In this document: positions 1-15,400 of the stretch, piece by piece
How positions within the stretch are numbered: position 1 is the stretch's first letter
How the letters are laid out: every line of letters starts with the position of its first letter
NCBI GenBank assembly: GCA_002269645.1
Contig: NIVC01002502.1
Span: 103,126-167,125 of the forward strand
Length of the DNA stretch: 64,000 nt
Reading direction: 5' to 3'
Source: Macrostomum lignano
Lineage: Eukaryota
The notes under the pieces: model-generated
Databases searched by the model: none
What the model was told of the DNA's origin: nothing
The model's input: only the letters and a program-made list of their open reading frames with translations
Translations under genes and position numbers: made by a program

Positions 1-387
1 GGCCGCCTCGGCGTGATGGGCGGCGGCGGCGGCAGCCACAGCCGCGGCGCTGGCGCTCTCGGACCGGTCCACGGCCCAGTCAGGAGCATCCACCGGAGCC
101 CGCCTGCTGCTCACGTATCCGGGATGCCGCCTGACTCTGGCCAGCTCAGCTTTCTCGCGTTCGTCGGATAATTCTTCGGCAAAGTGGCCGTCTAGGATTG
201 ACTTCAGCCTGGCCGATTCCAGCGTCTCCCAGGGCAGCAGTTTCACGTACAGGCAGCCGTCCGGCTCCTCTTCGTCCGAGCTGACCATGTCGCGCTCGAC
301 CAGGGCGGCCATTCGGTCGCCGGTAGCCGGGGAGAGGCGGTTCAGCGCCAGCAGGCTCTGCAGGCTTCGGCGGCGCTGCGACAGCTT
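1..387 (-). CDS. Downstream exon (runs off the window edge) of a C14orf93/DUF4616-like protein
   Basis: Minus-strand acceptor cccctctccgcag| at 388-390, then 129 open codons: KLSQRRRSLQSLL...RDMVSSDEEEPDGCLYVKLLPWETLESARLKSILDGHF...RVRRHPGYVSSRRAPVDAPDWAV. The acidic SSDEEE patch followed by V..LPW and R..P..P.WAV resembles the C14orf93-like family as I recall it; not database-checked. Confidence 0.75.
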
Positions 388-422
388 CTGCGGAGAGGGG
401 GGATGGGCGGGACTAACGTGTC

Positions 423-3400
423 AACTGACAAACTGACTGCTGACAAACTGACTGCTGACTGCTGACAAACTGACTGCTGACAAACTGACTGCTGACAAAC
501 TGGCTGCTGACAAACTGACTGCTGATAAACTGGCTGCTGACAAACTGGCTGCTGACAAACTGACTGCTGACTGCTGACAAACTGACTGCTGCCAAACTGG
601 CTGCTGACAAACTGGCTGCTGACAAACTGGCTGCTGACAAACTGACTGCTGACAAACTGACTGCTGACAAACTGGCTGCTGACAAACTGACTGCTGATAA
701 ACTGGCTGCTGACAAACTGACTGCTGACAAACTGACTGCTGACAAACTGGCTGCTGATAAACTGACTGCTGACAAACTGGCTGCTGACAAACTGACTGCT
801 GATAAACTGACTGCTGACAAACTGGCTGCTGACAAACTGGCTGCTGACAAACTGACAAACTGACTGCTGACAAACTGACTGCTGACAAACTGGCTGCTGA
901 CAAACTGACTGCTGACAAACTGGCTGCTGACAAACTGACTGCTGACAAACTGACTGCTGATAAACTGACAAACTGACTACTGACAAACTGGCTGCTGACA
1001 AACTGACTGCTGACAAACTGACTGCTGACAAACTGGCTGCTGACAAACTGGCTGCTGACAAACTGACTGCTGACAAACTGACTGCTGACAAACTGACTGC
1101 TGATAAACTGGCTGCTGACAAACTGACTGCTGACAAACTGACTGCTGATAAACTGACTGCTGATAAACTGACAAACTGGCTGCTGACAAACTGACTGCTG
1201 ACAAACTGACTGCTGACAAACTGACTGCTGACAAACTGACTGCTGACAAACTGACTGCTGATAAACTGACTGCTGACAAACTGACTGCTGATAAACTGGC
1301 TGCTGACAAACTGACTGCTGACAAACTGACTGCTGATAAACTGACAAACTGACTACTGACAAACTGGCTGCTGACAAACTGACTGCTGACAAACTGACTG
1401 CTGACAAACTGGCTGCTGACAAACTGACTGCTGACAAACTGACTGCTGACAAACTGACTGCTGACAAACTGACTGCTGACAAACTGACTGCTGATAAACT
1501 GACTGCTGACAAACTGACTGCTGACAAACTGACTGCTGACAAACTGACTGCTGACAAACTGACTGCTGACAAACTGACTGCTGATAAACTGACTGCTGAC
1601 AAACTGACTGCTGATAAACTGACTGCTGATAAACTGACTGCTGACAAACTGACTGCTGACAAACTGACTGCTGACAAACTGACTGCTGATAAACTGACAA
1701 ACTGACTACTGACAAACTGGCTGCTGACAAACTGACTGCTGACAAACTGACTGCTGACAAACTGACTGCTGACAAACTGACTGCTGATAAACTGACTGCT
1801 GATAAACTGACTGCTGACAAACTGACTGCTGATAAACTGGCTGCTGATAAACTGACTACTGATAAACTGACTACTGATAAACTGACTGCTGACAAACTGA
1901 CTGCTGATAAACTGACTGCTGACAAACTGACTGCTGACAAACTGACTGCTGACCAACTGACTGCTGACAAACTGACTGCTGACAAACTGACTGCTGATAA
2001 ACTGACTGCTGACAAACTGACTGCTGATAAACTGGCTGCTGACAAACTGACTGCTGACAAACTGACTGCTGATAAACTGACAAACTGACTACTGACAAAC
2101 TGGCTGCTGACAAACTGACTGCTGACAAACTGACTGCTGACAAACTGACTGCTGACAAACTGACTGCTGATAAACTGACTGCTGATAAACTGACTGCTGA
2201 CAAACTGACTGCTGATAAACTGGCTGCTGATAAACTGACTACTGATAAACTGACTACTGATAAACTGACTGCTGACAAACTGACTGCTGACAAACTGGCT
2301 GCTGATAAACTGACTGCTGACAAACTGACTGCTGACTGCTGATAAACTGACTGCTGACTGCTGACAAACTGACTGCTGACAAACTGACTGCTGATAAACT
2401 GACTGCTGACAAACTGGCTGCTGACAAACTGGCTGCTGACAAACTGACAAACTGACTGCTGACAAACTGACTGCTGACAAACTGGCTGCTGACAAACTGA
2501 CTGCTGACAAACTGGCTGCTGACAAACTGACTGCTGACAAACTGACTGCTGATAAACTGACAAACTGACTACTGACAAACTGGCTGCTGACAAACTGACT
2601 GCTGACAAACTGGCTGCTGACAAATTGACTGCTGACAAACTGACTGCTGATAAACTGACAAACTGACTACTGACAAACTGGCTGCTGACAAACTGACTGC
2701 TGACAAACTGACTGCTGACAAACTGACTGCTGATAAACTGACAAACTGACTACTGACAAACTGGCTGCTGACAAACTGACTGCTGACAAACTGACTGCTG
2801 ACAAACTGACTGCTGACAAACTGGCTGCTGACAAACTGACTGCTGACAAACTGGCTGCTGACAAACTGACTGCTGACAAACTGGCTGCTGACAAACTGAC
2901 TGCTGACAAACTGACTACTGACAAACTGACTCCTGACAAACTGACTGCTGACAAACTGGCTGCTGACAAACTGTCTGCTGACAAACTGACTGCTGACAAA
3001 CTGACTGCTGACAAACTGACTGCTGACAAACTGACTGCTGACTGCTGACAAACTGACTGCTGACAAACTGACTGCTGACAAACTGACTGCTGACAAACTG
3101 GCTGCTGACAAACTGACTGCTGACAAACTGACTGCTGACAAACTGACTGCTGACAAACTGACTGCTGACAAACTGACTGCTGACTGCTGACAAACTGACT
3201 GCTGACAAACTGACTGCTGACAAACTGACTGCTGACAAACTGGCTGCTGACAAACTGACTGCTGACAAACTGACTGCTGACAAACTGGCTGCTGACAAAC
3301 TGACTGCTGACAAACTGACTGCTGACAAACTGACTGCTGATAAACTGACTGCTGACTGCTGACAAACTGACTGCTGATAAACTGGCTGCTGATAAACTGA

Positions 3401-6400
3401 CTGCTGACAAACTGACTGCTGACAAACTGGCTGCTGATAAACTGACTGCTGACAAACTGACTGCTGAAAAACTGACTGCTGACAAACTGACTGCTGACAA
3501 ACTGACTGCTGATAAACTGACTACTGATAAACTGACTACTGATAAACTGACTGCTGACAAACTGACTGCTGACAAACTGACTGCTGACAAACTGACTGCT
3601 GATAAACTGACTACTGACAAACTGACTGCTGACAAACTGACTGCTGACAAACTGACTACTGACAAACTGACTGCTGACTGCTGACAAACTGACTGCTGAT
3701 AAACTGACTGCTGACAAACTGACAAACTGACTGCTGATAAACTGACTACTGACAAACTGGCTGCTGATAAACTGACTGCTGACAAACTGACTGCTGACTG
3801 CTGACAAACTGACTGCTGACAAACTGACTGCTGACAAACTGGCTGCTGATAAACTGACTACTGACAAACTGACTGCTGACTGCTGACAAACTGACTGCTG
3901 ACAAACTGGCTGCTGATAAACTGACTGCTGACAAACTGACTGCTGACAAACTGGCTGCTGATAAACTGACTGCTGACAAACTGACTGCTGAAAAACTGAC
4001 TGCTGACAAACTGACTGCTGACTGCTGACAAACTGACTGCTGATAAACTGACTGCTGACAAACTGACTGCTGATAAACTGACAAACTGACTGCTGACAAA
4101 CTGACTGCTGACAAACTGACTGCTGACAAACTGACTGCTGACAAACTGACTACTGACAAACTGACTGCTGACTGCTGACAAACTGACTGCTGACAAACTG
4201 GCTGCTGATAAACTGACTGCTGATAAACTGACTGCTGACAAACTGACTGCTGATAAACTGACTGCTGACAAACTGACTGCTGACAAACTGACTGCTGACA
4301 AACTGACTGCTGACAAACTGACTGCTGACAAACTGACAAACTGACTGCTGACAAACTGACTGCTGACAAACTGACTGCTGACAAACTGACTGCTGACAAA
4401 CTGGCTGCTGACTGCTGACAAACTGACTGCTGACAAACTGACTGCTGATAAACTGACTGCTGACAAACTGACTGCTGACAAACTGACAAACTGACTGCTG
4501 ACAAACTGACTGCTGACAAACTGACTGCTGACAAACTGACTGCTGACAAACTGACTGCTGACAAACTGACTGCTGACAAACTGACTGCTGACTGCTGACA
4601 AACTGACTGCTGATAAACTGACTGCTGACAAACTGACTGCTGATAAACTGACAAACTGACTGCTGACAAACTGACTGCTGACAAACTGACTGCTGACAAA
4701 ATGACTGCTGATAAACTGACTGCTGACAAACTGACTGCTGACAAACTGACTGCTGACAAACTGACAAACTGACTGCTGACAAACTGACTGCTGACAAACT
4801 GACTGCTGACAAACTGACTGCTGACAAACTGACTGCTGACAAACTGACAAACTGACTGCTGATAAACTGACTGCTGACAAACTGACTGCTGACAAACTGA
4901 CTGCTGACAAACTGACTGCTGACAAACTGACTGCTGATAAACTGGCTGCTGACAAACTGACTGCTGACAAACTGACTGCTGACTGCTGACAAACTGACTG
5001 CTGACAAACTGACTGCTGACAAACTGACTGCTGACAAACTGACTGCTGATAAACTGGCTGCTGATAAACTGACTGCTGACTGCTGACAAACTGACTGCTG
5101 ACAAACTGACTGCTGACTGCTGACAAACTGACTGCTGACAAACTGACTGCTGACTGCTGACAAACTGACTGCTGACAAACTGACTGCTGACAAACTGACT
5201 GCTGACAAACTGACTGCTGACAAACTGACTGCTGACAAACTGACTGCTGATAAACTGACTGCTGACAAACTGACTGCTGACAAACTGACTGCTGATAAAC
5301 TGGCTGCTGACAAACTGACTGCTGACAAACTGACTGCTGACAAACTGACTGCTGACAAACTGACTGCTGACAAACTGACTGCTGACAAACTGACTGCTGA
5401 TAAACTGACTGCTGACAAACTGGCTGCTGATAAACTGACTGCTGACAAACTGGCTGCTGACAAACTGACTGCTGACAAACTGACTGCTGACAAACTGACT
5501 GCTGATAAACTGACTGCTGACAAACTGGCTGCTGACAAACTGACTGCTGACAAACTGGCTGCTGACAAACTGACTGCTGACAAACTGACTGCTGACAAAC
5601 TGACTGCTGATAAACTGACTGCTGACAAACTGGCTGCTGACAAACTGACTGCTGACAAACTGACTGCTGACAAACTGGCTGCTGACAAACTGACTGCTGA
5701 CAAACTGACTGCTGACAAACTGACTGCTGACAAACTGACAAACTGACTGCTGATAAACTGACTGCTGATAAACTGACTGCTGACTGCTGATAAACTGACT
5801 GCTGACAAACTGACTGCTGACAAACTGACTGCTGACAAACTGACAAACTGACTGCTGACTGCTGACAAACTGACTGCTGACTGCTGATAAACTGACTGCT
5901 GACTGCTGATAAACTGACTGCTGAAAACTGACTGCTGACAAACTGACAAACTGACTGCTGATAAACTGACTGCTGACAAACTGACTGCTGACAAACTGAC
6001 TGCTGACTGCTGATAAACTGACTGCTGACTGCTGACAAACTGACTGCTGACAAACTGACTGCTGACAAACTGACTGCTGACAAACTGACAAACTGACTGC
6101 TGATAAACTGACTGCTGACAAACTGACTGCTGACAAACTGACTGCTGACAAACTGACTGCTGACAAACTGACTGCTGACAAACTGGCTGCTGACAAACTG
6201 ACTGCTGACAAACTGACTGCTGACAAACTGACTGCTGACAAACTGACTGCTGACAAACTGACTGCTGACTGCTGACAAACTGACTGCTGACAAACTGACT
6301 GCTGACAAACTGACTGCTGACAAACTGGCTGCTGACAAACTGACTGCTGACAAACTGACTGCTGACAAACTGGCTGCTGACAAACTGACTGCTGACAAAC

Positions 6401-9400
6401 TGACTGCTGACAAACTGACTGCTGATAAACTGACTGCTGACTGCTGACAAACTGACTGCTGATAAACTGGCTGCTGATAAACTGACTGCTGACAAACTGG
6501 CTGCTGACAAACTGACTGCTGACAAACTGGCTGCTGACAAACTGACTGCTGACAAACTGACTGCTGACAAACTGACTGCTGATAAACTGACTGCTGACAA
6601 ACTGGCTGCTGACAAACTGACTGCTGACAAACTGACTGCTGACAAACTGGCTGCTGACAAACTGACTGCTGACAAACTGACTGCTGACAAACTGACTGCT
6701 GACAAACTGACAAACTGACTGCTGATAAACTGACTGCTGATAAACTGACTGCTGACTGCTGATAAACTGACTGCTGACAAACTGACTGCTGACAAACTGA
6801 CTGCTGACAAACTGACAAACTGACTGCTGACTGCTGACAAACTGACTGCTGACTGCTGATAAACTGACTGCTGACTGCTGATAAACTGACTGCTGACAAA
6901 CTGACTGCTGACAAACTGACAAACTGACTGCTGATAAACTGACTGCTGACAAACTGACTGCTGACAAACTGACTGCTGACTGCTGATAAACTGACTGCTG
7001 ACTGCTGACAAACTGACTGCTGACAAACTGACTGCTGACAAACTGACTGCTGACAAACTGACAAACTGACTGCTGATAAACTGACTGCTGACAAACTGAC
7101 TGCTGACAAACTGACTGCTGACAAACTGACTGCTGACAAACTGGCTGCTGACAAACTGACTGCTGACAAACTGACTGCTGACAAACTGACTGCTGACAAA
7201 CTGACTGCTGACAAACTGACTGCTGACTGCTGACAAACTGACTGCTGACAAACTGACTGCTGACAAACTGACTGCTGACAAACTGGCTGCTGACAAACTG
7301 ACTGCTGACAAACTGACTGCTGACAAACTGGCTGCTGACAAACTGACTGCTGACAAACTGACTGCTGACAAACTGACTGCTGATAAACTGACTGCTGACT
7401 GCTGACAAACTGACTGCTGATAAACTGGCTGCTGATAAACTGACTGCTGACAAACTGACTGCTGACAAACTGGCTGCTGATAAACTGACTGCTGACAAAC
7501 TGACTGCTGAAAAACTGACTGCTGACAAACTGACTGCTGACAAACTGACTGCTGATAAACTGACTACTGATAAACTGACTACTGATAAACTGACTGCTGA
7601 CAAACTGACTGCTGACAAACTGACTGCTGACAAACTGACTGCTGATAAACTGACTACTGACAAACTGACTGCTGACAAACTGACTGCTGACAAACTGACT
7701 ACTGACAAACTGACTGCTGACTGCTGACAAACTGACTGCTGATAAACTGACTGCTGACAAACTGACAAACTGACTGCTGATAAACTGACTACTGACAAAC
7801 TGGCTGCTGATAAACTGACTGCTGACAAACTGACTGCTGACTGCTGACAAACTGGCTGCTGACAAACTGACTGCTGACAAACTGGCTGCTGACAAACTGA
7901 CTACTGACAAACTGACAAACTGACTGCTGATAAACTGACTGCTGACAAACTGGCTGCTGACAAACTGACTGCTGACAAACTGACTGCTGACAAACTGGCT
8001 GCTGACAAACTGACTGCTGACAAACTGACTGCTGACAAACTGACTGCTGACAAACTGACAAACTGACTGCTGATAAACTGACTGCTGATAAACTGACTGC
8101 TGACTGCTGATAAACTGACTGCTGACAAACTGACTGCTGACAAACTGACTGCTGACAAACTGACAAACTGACTGCTGACTGCTGACAAACTGACTGCTGA
8201 CTGCTGATAAACTGACTGCTGACTGCTGATAAACTGACTGCTGACAAACTGACTGCTGACAAACTGACAAACTGACTGCTGATAAACTGACTGCTGACAA
8301 ACTGACTGCTGACAAACTGACTGCTGACTGCTGATAAACTGACTGCTGACTGCTGACAAACTGACTGCTGACAAACTGACTGCTGACAAACTGACTGCTG
8401 ACAAACTGACAAACTGACTGCTGATAAACTGACTGCTGACAAACTGACTGCTGACAAACTGACTGCTGACAAACTGACTGCTGACAAACTGACTGCTGAC
8501 AAACTGGCTGCTGACAAACTGACTGCTGACAAACTGACTGCTGACAAACTGACTGCTGACAAACTGACTGCTGACAAACTGACTGCTGACTGCTGACAAA
8601 CTGACTGCTGACAAACTGACTGCTGACAAACTGACTGCTGACAAACTGGCTGCTGACAAACTGACTGCTGACAAACTGACTGCTGACAAACTGGCTGCTG
8701 ACAAACTGACTGCTGACAAACTGACTGCTGACAAACTGACTGCTGATAAACTGACTGCTGACTGCTGACAAACTGACTGCTGATAAACTGGCTGCTGATA
8801 AACTGACTGCTGACAAACTGGCTGCTGACAAACTGACTGCTGACAAACTGGCTGCTGACAAACTGACTGCTGACAAACTGACTGCTGACAAACTGACTGC
8901 TGATAAACTGACTGCTGACAAACTGGCTGCTGACAAACTGACTGCTGACAAACTGACTGCTGACAAACTGGCTGCTGACAAACTGACTGCTGACAAACTG
9001 ACTGCTGACAAACTGACTGCTGACAAACTGACAAACTGACTGCTGATAAACTGACTGCTGATAAACTGACTGCTGACTGCTGATAAACTGACTGCTGACA
9101 AACTGACTGCTGACAAACTGACTGCTGACAAACTGACAAACTGACTGCTGACTGCTGACAAACTGACTGCTGACTGCTGATAAACTGACTGCTGACTGCT
9201 GATAAACTGACTGCTGACAAACTGACTGCTGACAAACTGACAAACTGACTGCTGATAAACTGACTGCTGACAAACTGACTGCTGACAAACTGACTGCTGA
9301 CTGCTGATAAACTGACTGCTGACTGCTGACAAACTGACTGCTGACAAACTGACTGCTGACAAACTGACTGCTGACAAACTGACAAACTGACTGCTGATAA

Positions 9401-12400
9401 ACTGACTGCTGACAAACTGACTGCTGACAAACTGACTGCTGACAAACTGACTGCTGACAAACTGGCTGCTGACAAACTGACTGCTGACAAACTGACTGCT
9501 GACAAACTGACTGCTGACAAACTGACTGCTGACAAACTGACTGCTGACTGCTGACAAACTGACTGCTGACAAACTGACTGCTGACAAACTGACTGCTGAC
9601 AAACTGGCTGCTGACAAACTGACTGCTGACAAACTGACTGCTGACAAACTGGCTGCTGACAAACTGACTGCTGACAAACTGACTGCTGACAAACTGACTG
9701 CTGATAAACTGACTGCTGACTGCTGACAAACTGACTGCTGATAAACTGGCTGCTGATAAACTGACTGCTGACAAACTGACTGCTGACAAACTGGCTGCTG
9801 ATAAACTGACTGCTGACAAACTGACTGCTGAAAAACTGACTGCTGACAAACTGACTGCTGACAAACTGACTGCTGATAAACTGACTACTGATAAACTGAC
9901 TACTGATAAACTGACTGCTGACAAACTGACTGCTGACAAACTGACTGCTGACAAACTGACTGCTGATAAACTGACTACTGACAAACTGACTGCTGACAAA
10001 CTGACTGCTGACAAACTGACTACTGACAAACTGACTGCTGACTGCTGACAAACTGACTGCTGATAAACTGACTGCTGACAAACTGACAAACTGACTGCTG
10101 ATAAACTGACTACTGACAAACTGGCTGCTGATAAACTGACTGCTGACAAACTGACTGCTGACTGCTGACAAACTGACTGCTGACAAACTGACTGCTGACA
10201 AACTGGCTGCTGATAAACTGACTACTGACAAACTGACTGCTGACTGCTGACAAACTGACTGCTGACAAACTGGCTGCTGATAAACTGACTGCTGACAAAC
10301 TGACTGCTGACAAACTGGCTGCTGATAAACTGACTGCTGACAAACTGACTGCTGAAAAACTGACTGCTGACAAACTGACTGCTGACTGCTGACAAACTGA
10401 CTGCTGATAAACTGACTGCTGACAAACTGACTGCTGATAAACTGACAAACTGACTGCTGACAAACTGACTGCTGACAAACTGACTGCTGACAAACTGACT
10501 GCTGACAAACTGACTACTGACAAACTGACTGCTGACTGCTGACAAACTGACTGCTGACAAACTGGCTGCTGATAAACTGACTGCTGATAAACTGACTGCT
10601 GACAAACTGACTGCTGATAAACTGACTGCTGACAAACTGACTGCTGACAAACTGACTGCTGACAAACTGACTGCTGACAAACTGACTGCTGACAAACTGA
10701 CAAACTGACTGCTGACAAACTGACTGCTGACAAACTGACTGCTGACAAACTGGCTGCTGACTGCTGACAAACTGACTGCTGACAAACTGACTGCTGATAA
10801 ACTGACTGCTGACAAACTGACTGCTGACAAACTGACAAACTGACTGCTGACAAACTGACTGCTGACAAACTGACTGCTGACAAACTGGCTGCTGACAAAC
10901 TGACTGCTGACAAACTGACTGCTGACAAACTGACTGCTGACAAACTGACTGCTGACTGCTGACAAACTGACTGCTGATAAACTGACTGCTGACAAACTGA
11001 CTGCTGATAAACTGACAAACTGACTGCTGACAAACTGACTGCTGACAAACTGACTGCTGACAAAATGACTGCTGATAAACTGACTGCTGACAAACTGACT
11101 GCTGACAAACTGACTGCTGACAAACTGACAAACTGACTGCTGACAAACTGACTGCTGACAAACTGACTGCTGACAAACTGACTGCTGACAAACTGACTGC
11201 TGACAAACTGACAAACTGACTGCTGATAAACTGACTGCTGACAAACTGACTGCTGACAAACTGACTGCTGACAAACTGACTGCTGACAAACTGACTGCTG
11301 ATAAACTGGCTGCTGACAAACTGACTGCTGACAAACTGACTGCTGACTGCTGACAAACTGACTGCTGACAAACTGACTGCTGACAAACTGACTGCTGACA
11401 AACTGACTGCTGATAAACTGGCTGCTGATAAACTGACTGCTGACTGCTGACAAACTGACTGCTGACAAACTGACTGCTGACTGCTGACAAACTGACTGCT
11501 GACAAACTGACTGCTGACTGCTGACAAACTGACTGCTGACAAACTGACTGCTGACAAACTGACTGCTGACAAACTGACTGCTGACAAACTGACTGCTGAC
11601 AAACTGACTGCTGATAAACTGACTGCTGACAAACTGACTGCTGACAAACTGACTGCTGATAAACTGGCTGCTGACAAACTGACTGCTGACAAACTGACTG
11701 CTGACAAACTGACTGCTGACAAACTGACTGCTGACAAACTGACTGCTGACAAACTGACTGCTGATAAACTGACTGCTGACAAACTGGCTGCTGATAAACT
11801 GACTGCTGACAAACTGGCTGCTGACAAACTGACTGCTGACAAACTGACTGCTGACAAACTGACTGCTGATAAACTGACTGCTGACAAACTGGCTGCTGAC
11901 AAACTGACTGCTGACAAACTGGCTGCTGACAAACTGACTGCTGACAAACTGACTGCTGACAAACTGACTGCTGATAAACTGACTGCTGACAAACTGGCTG
12001 CTGACAAACTGACTGCTGACAAACTGACTGCTGACAAACTGGCTGCTGACAAACTGACTGCTGACAAACTGACTGCTGACAAACTGACTGCTGACAAACT
12101 GACAAACTGACTGCTGATAAACTGACTGCTGATAAACTGACTGCTGACTGCTGATAAACTGACTGCTGACAAACTGACTGCTGACAAACTGACTGCTGAC
12201 AAACTGACAAACTGACTGCTGACTGCTGACAAACTGACTGCTGACTGCTGATAAACTGACTGCTGACTGCTGATAAACTGACTGCTGACAAACTGACTGC
12301 TGACAAACTGACAAACTGACTGCTGATAAACTGACTGCTGACAAACTGACTGCTGACAAACTGACTGCTGACTGCTGATAAACTGACTGCTGACTGCTGA

Positions 12401-15400
12401 CAAACTGACTGCTGACAAACTGACTGCTGATAAACTGACTGCTGACAAACTGACAAACTGACTGCTGATAAACTGACTGCTGACAAACTGACTGCTGACA
12501 AACTGACTGCTGACAAACTGACTGCTGACAAACTGACTGCTGATAAACTGGCTGCTGACAAACTGACTGCTGACAAACTGACTGCTGACTGCTGACAAAC
12601 TGACTGCTGACAAACTGACTGCTGACAAACTGACTGCTGACAAACTGACTGCTGATAAACTGGCTGCTGATAAACTGACTGCTGACTGCTGACAAACTGA
12701 CTGCTGACAAACTGACTGCTGACTGCTGACAAACTGACTGCTGACAAACTGACTGCTGACTGCTGACAAACTGACTGCTGACAAACTGACTGCTGATAAA
12801 CTGACTGCTGACAAACTGGCTGCTGACAAACTGACTGCTGACAAACTGACTGCTGATAAACTGACTGCTGATAAACTGACTGCTGATAAACTGACTGCAG
12901 ACAAACTGACTGCTGATAAACTGACTGCTGACAAACTGGCTGCTGACAAACTGACTGCTGACAAACTGACTGCTGATAAACTGACTGCAGACAAACTGAC
13001 TGCTGACAAACTGGCTGCTGACAAACTGACTGCTGACAAACTGGCTGCTGACAAACTGACTGCTGACAAACTGACTGCTGACAAACTGACTGCTGACAAA
13101 CTGACTGCTGATAAACTGACTGCTGACAAACTGACTGCTGACAAACTGGCTGCTGACAAACTGACTGCTGACAAACTGACTGCTGACAAACTGACTGCTG
13201 ACAAACTGACTGCTGACAAACTGACTGCTGACAAACTGACTGCTGACAAACTGACTGCTGACAAACTGACTGCTGACAAACTGACTGCTGACAAACTGAC
13301 TGCTGATAAACTGACTGCTGACAAACTGACTGCTGACAAACTGACTGCTGATAAACTGGCTGCTGACAAACTGACTGCTGACAAACTGACTGCTGACAAA
13401 CTGACTGCTGACAAACTGACTGCTGACAAACTGACTGCTGACAAACTGACTGCTGATAAACTGACTGCTGACAAACTGGCTGCTGATAAACTGACTGCTG
13501 ACAAACTGGCTGCTGACAAACTGACTGCTGACAAACTGACTGCTGACAAACTGACTGCTGATAAACTGACTGCTGACAAACTGGCTGCTGACAAACTGAC
13601 TGCTGACAAACTGGCTGCTGACAAACTGACTGCTGACAAACTGACTGCTGACAAACTGACTGCTGACAAACTGACTGCTGATAAACTGACTGCTGACAAA
13701 CTGGCTGCTGACAAACTGACTGCTGACAAACTGACTGCTGACAAACTGGCTGCTGACAAACTGACTGCTGACAAACTGACTGCTGACAAACTGACTGCTG
13801 ACAAACTGACAAACTGACTGCTGATAAACTGACTGCTGACAAACTGACTGCTGACAAACTGACTGCTGACTGCTGATAAACTGACTGCTGACTGCTGACA
13901 AACTGACTGCTGACAAACTGACTGCTGACAAACTGACAAACTGACTGCTGATAAACTGACTGCTGACAAACTGACTGCTGACAAACTGACAAACTGACTG
14001 CTGATAAACTGACTGCTGACAAACTGACTGCTGACAAACTGACAAACTGACTGCTGACAAACTGACAAACTGACTGCTGACAAACTGACTGCTGACAAAC
14101 TGACTGCTGACAAACTGACTGCTGACTGCTGACAAACTGGCTGCTGATAAACTGACCTACTGATAAACTGACTGCTGATAAACTGACTGCTGACAAACTG
14201 ACTGCTGATAAACTGACTGCTGACAAACTGACTGCTGACAAACTGACTGCTGACAAACTGACTGCTGACAAACTGACAAACTGACTGCTGACAAACTGAC
14301 TGCTGACAAACTGACTGCTGATAAACTGACTGCTGACAAACTGACAAACTGACTGCTGACAAACTGACTGCTGACAAACTGACTGCTGATAAACTGACTG
14401 CTGACAAACTGACTGCTGACAAACTGACTGCTGACTGCTGACAAACTGGCTGCTGACAAACTGACTGCTGACAAACTGGCTGCTGACAAACTGACTGCTG
14501 ACAAACTGACTGCTGACAAACTGACTGCTGACTGCTGACAAACTGGCTGCTGACAAACTGACTGCTGACAAACTGACTGCTGATAAACTGACTGCTGACA
14601 AACTGACAAACTGACTGCTGACAAACTGGCTGCTGATAAACTGACTGCTGACAAACTGACTGCTGACAAACTGACTGCTGACAAACTGACTGCTGACTGC
14701 TGACAAACTGGCTGCTGATAAACTGACTGCTGATAAACTGACTGCTGACAAACTGACAAACTGACTGCTGACAAACTGACTGCTGATAAACTGACTGCTG
14801 ACAAACTGACTGCTGACAAACTGACTGCTGACAAACTGACTGCTGATAAACTGACTGCTGACAAACTGACTGCTGATAAACTGACTGCTGATAAACTGAC
14901 TGCTGACAAACTGGCTGCTGACAAACTGGCTGCTGACAAACTGACTGCTGATAAACTGACTGCTGACAAACTGACTGCTGACAAACTGACTGCTGATAAA
15001 CTGACTGCTGACAAACTGGCTGCTGACAAACTGACTGCTGACAAACTGACTGCTGACAAACTGACTGCTGACAAACTGACTGCTGATAAACTGACTGCTG
15101 ATAAACTGACTGCAGACAAACTGACTGCTGATAAACTGACTGCTGACAAACTGGCTGCTGACAAACTGACTGCTGACAAACTGACTGCTGATAAACTGAC
15201 TGCAGACAAACTGACTGCTGACAAACTGGCTGCTGACAAACTGACTGCTGACAAACTGACTGCTGACAAACTGACTGCTGATAAACTGACTGCTGACAAA
15301 CTGACTGCTGATAAACTGACTGCTGATAAACTGACTGCTGACAAACTGACTGCTGACAAACTGACTGCTGACAAACTGACTGCTGACAAACTGACTGCTG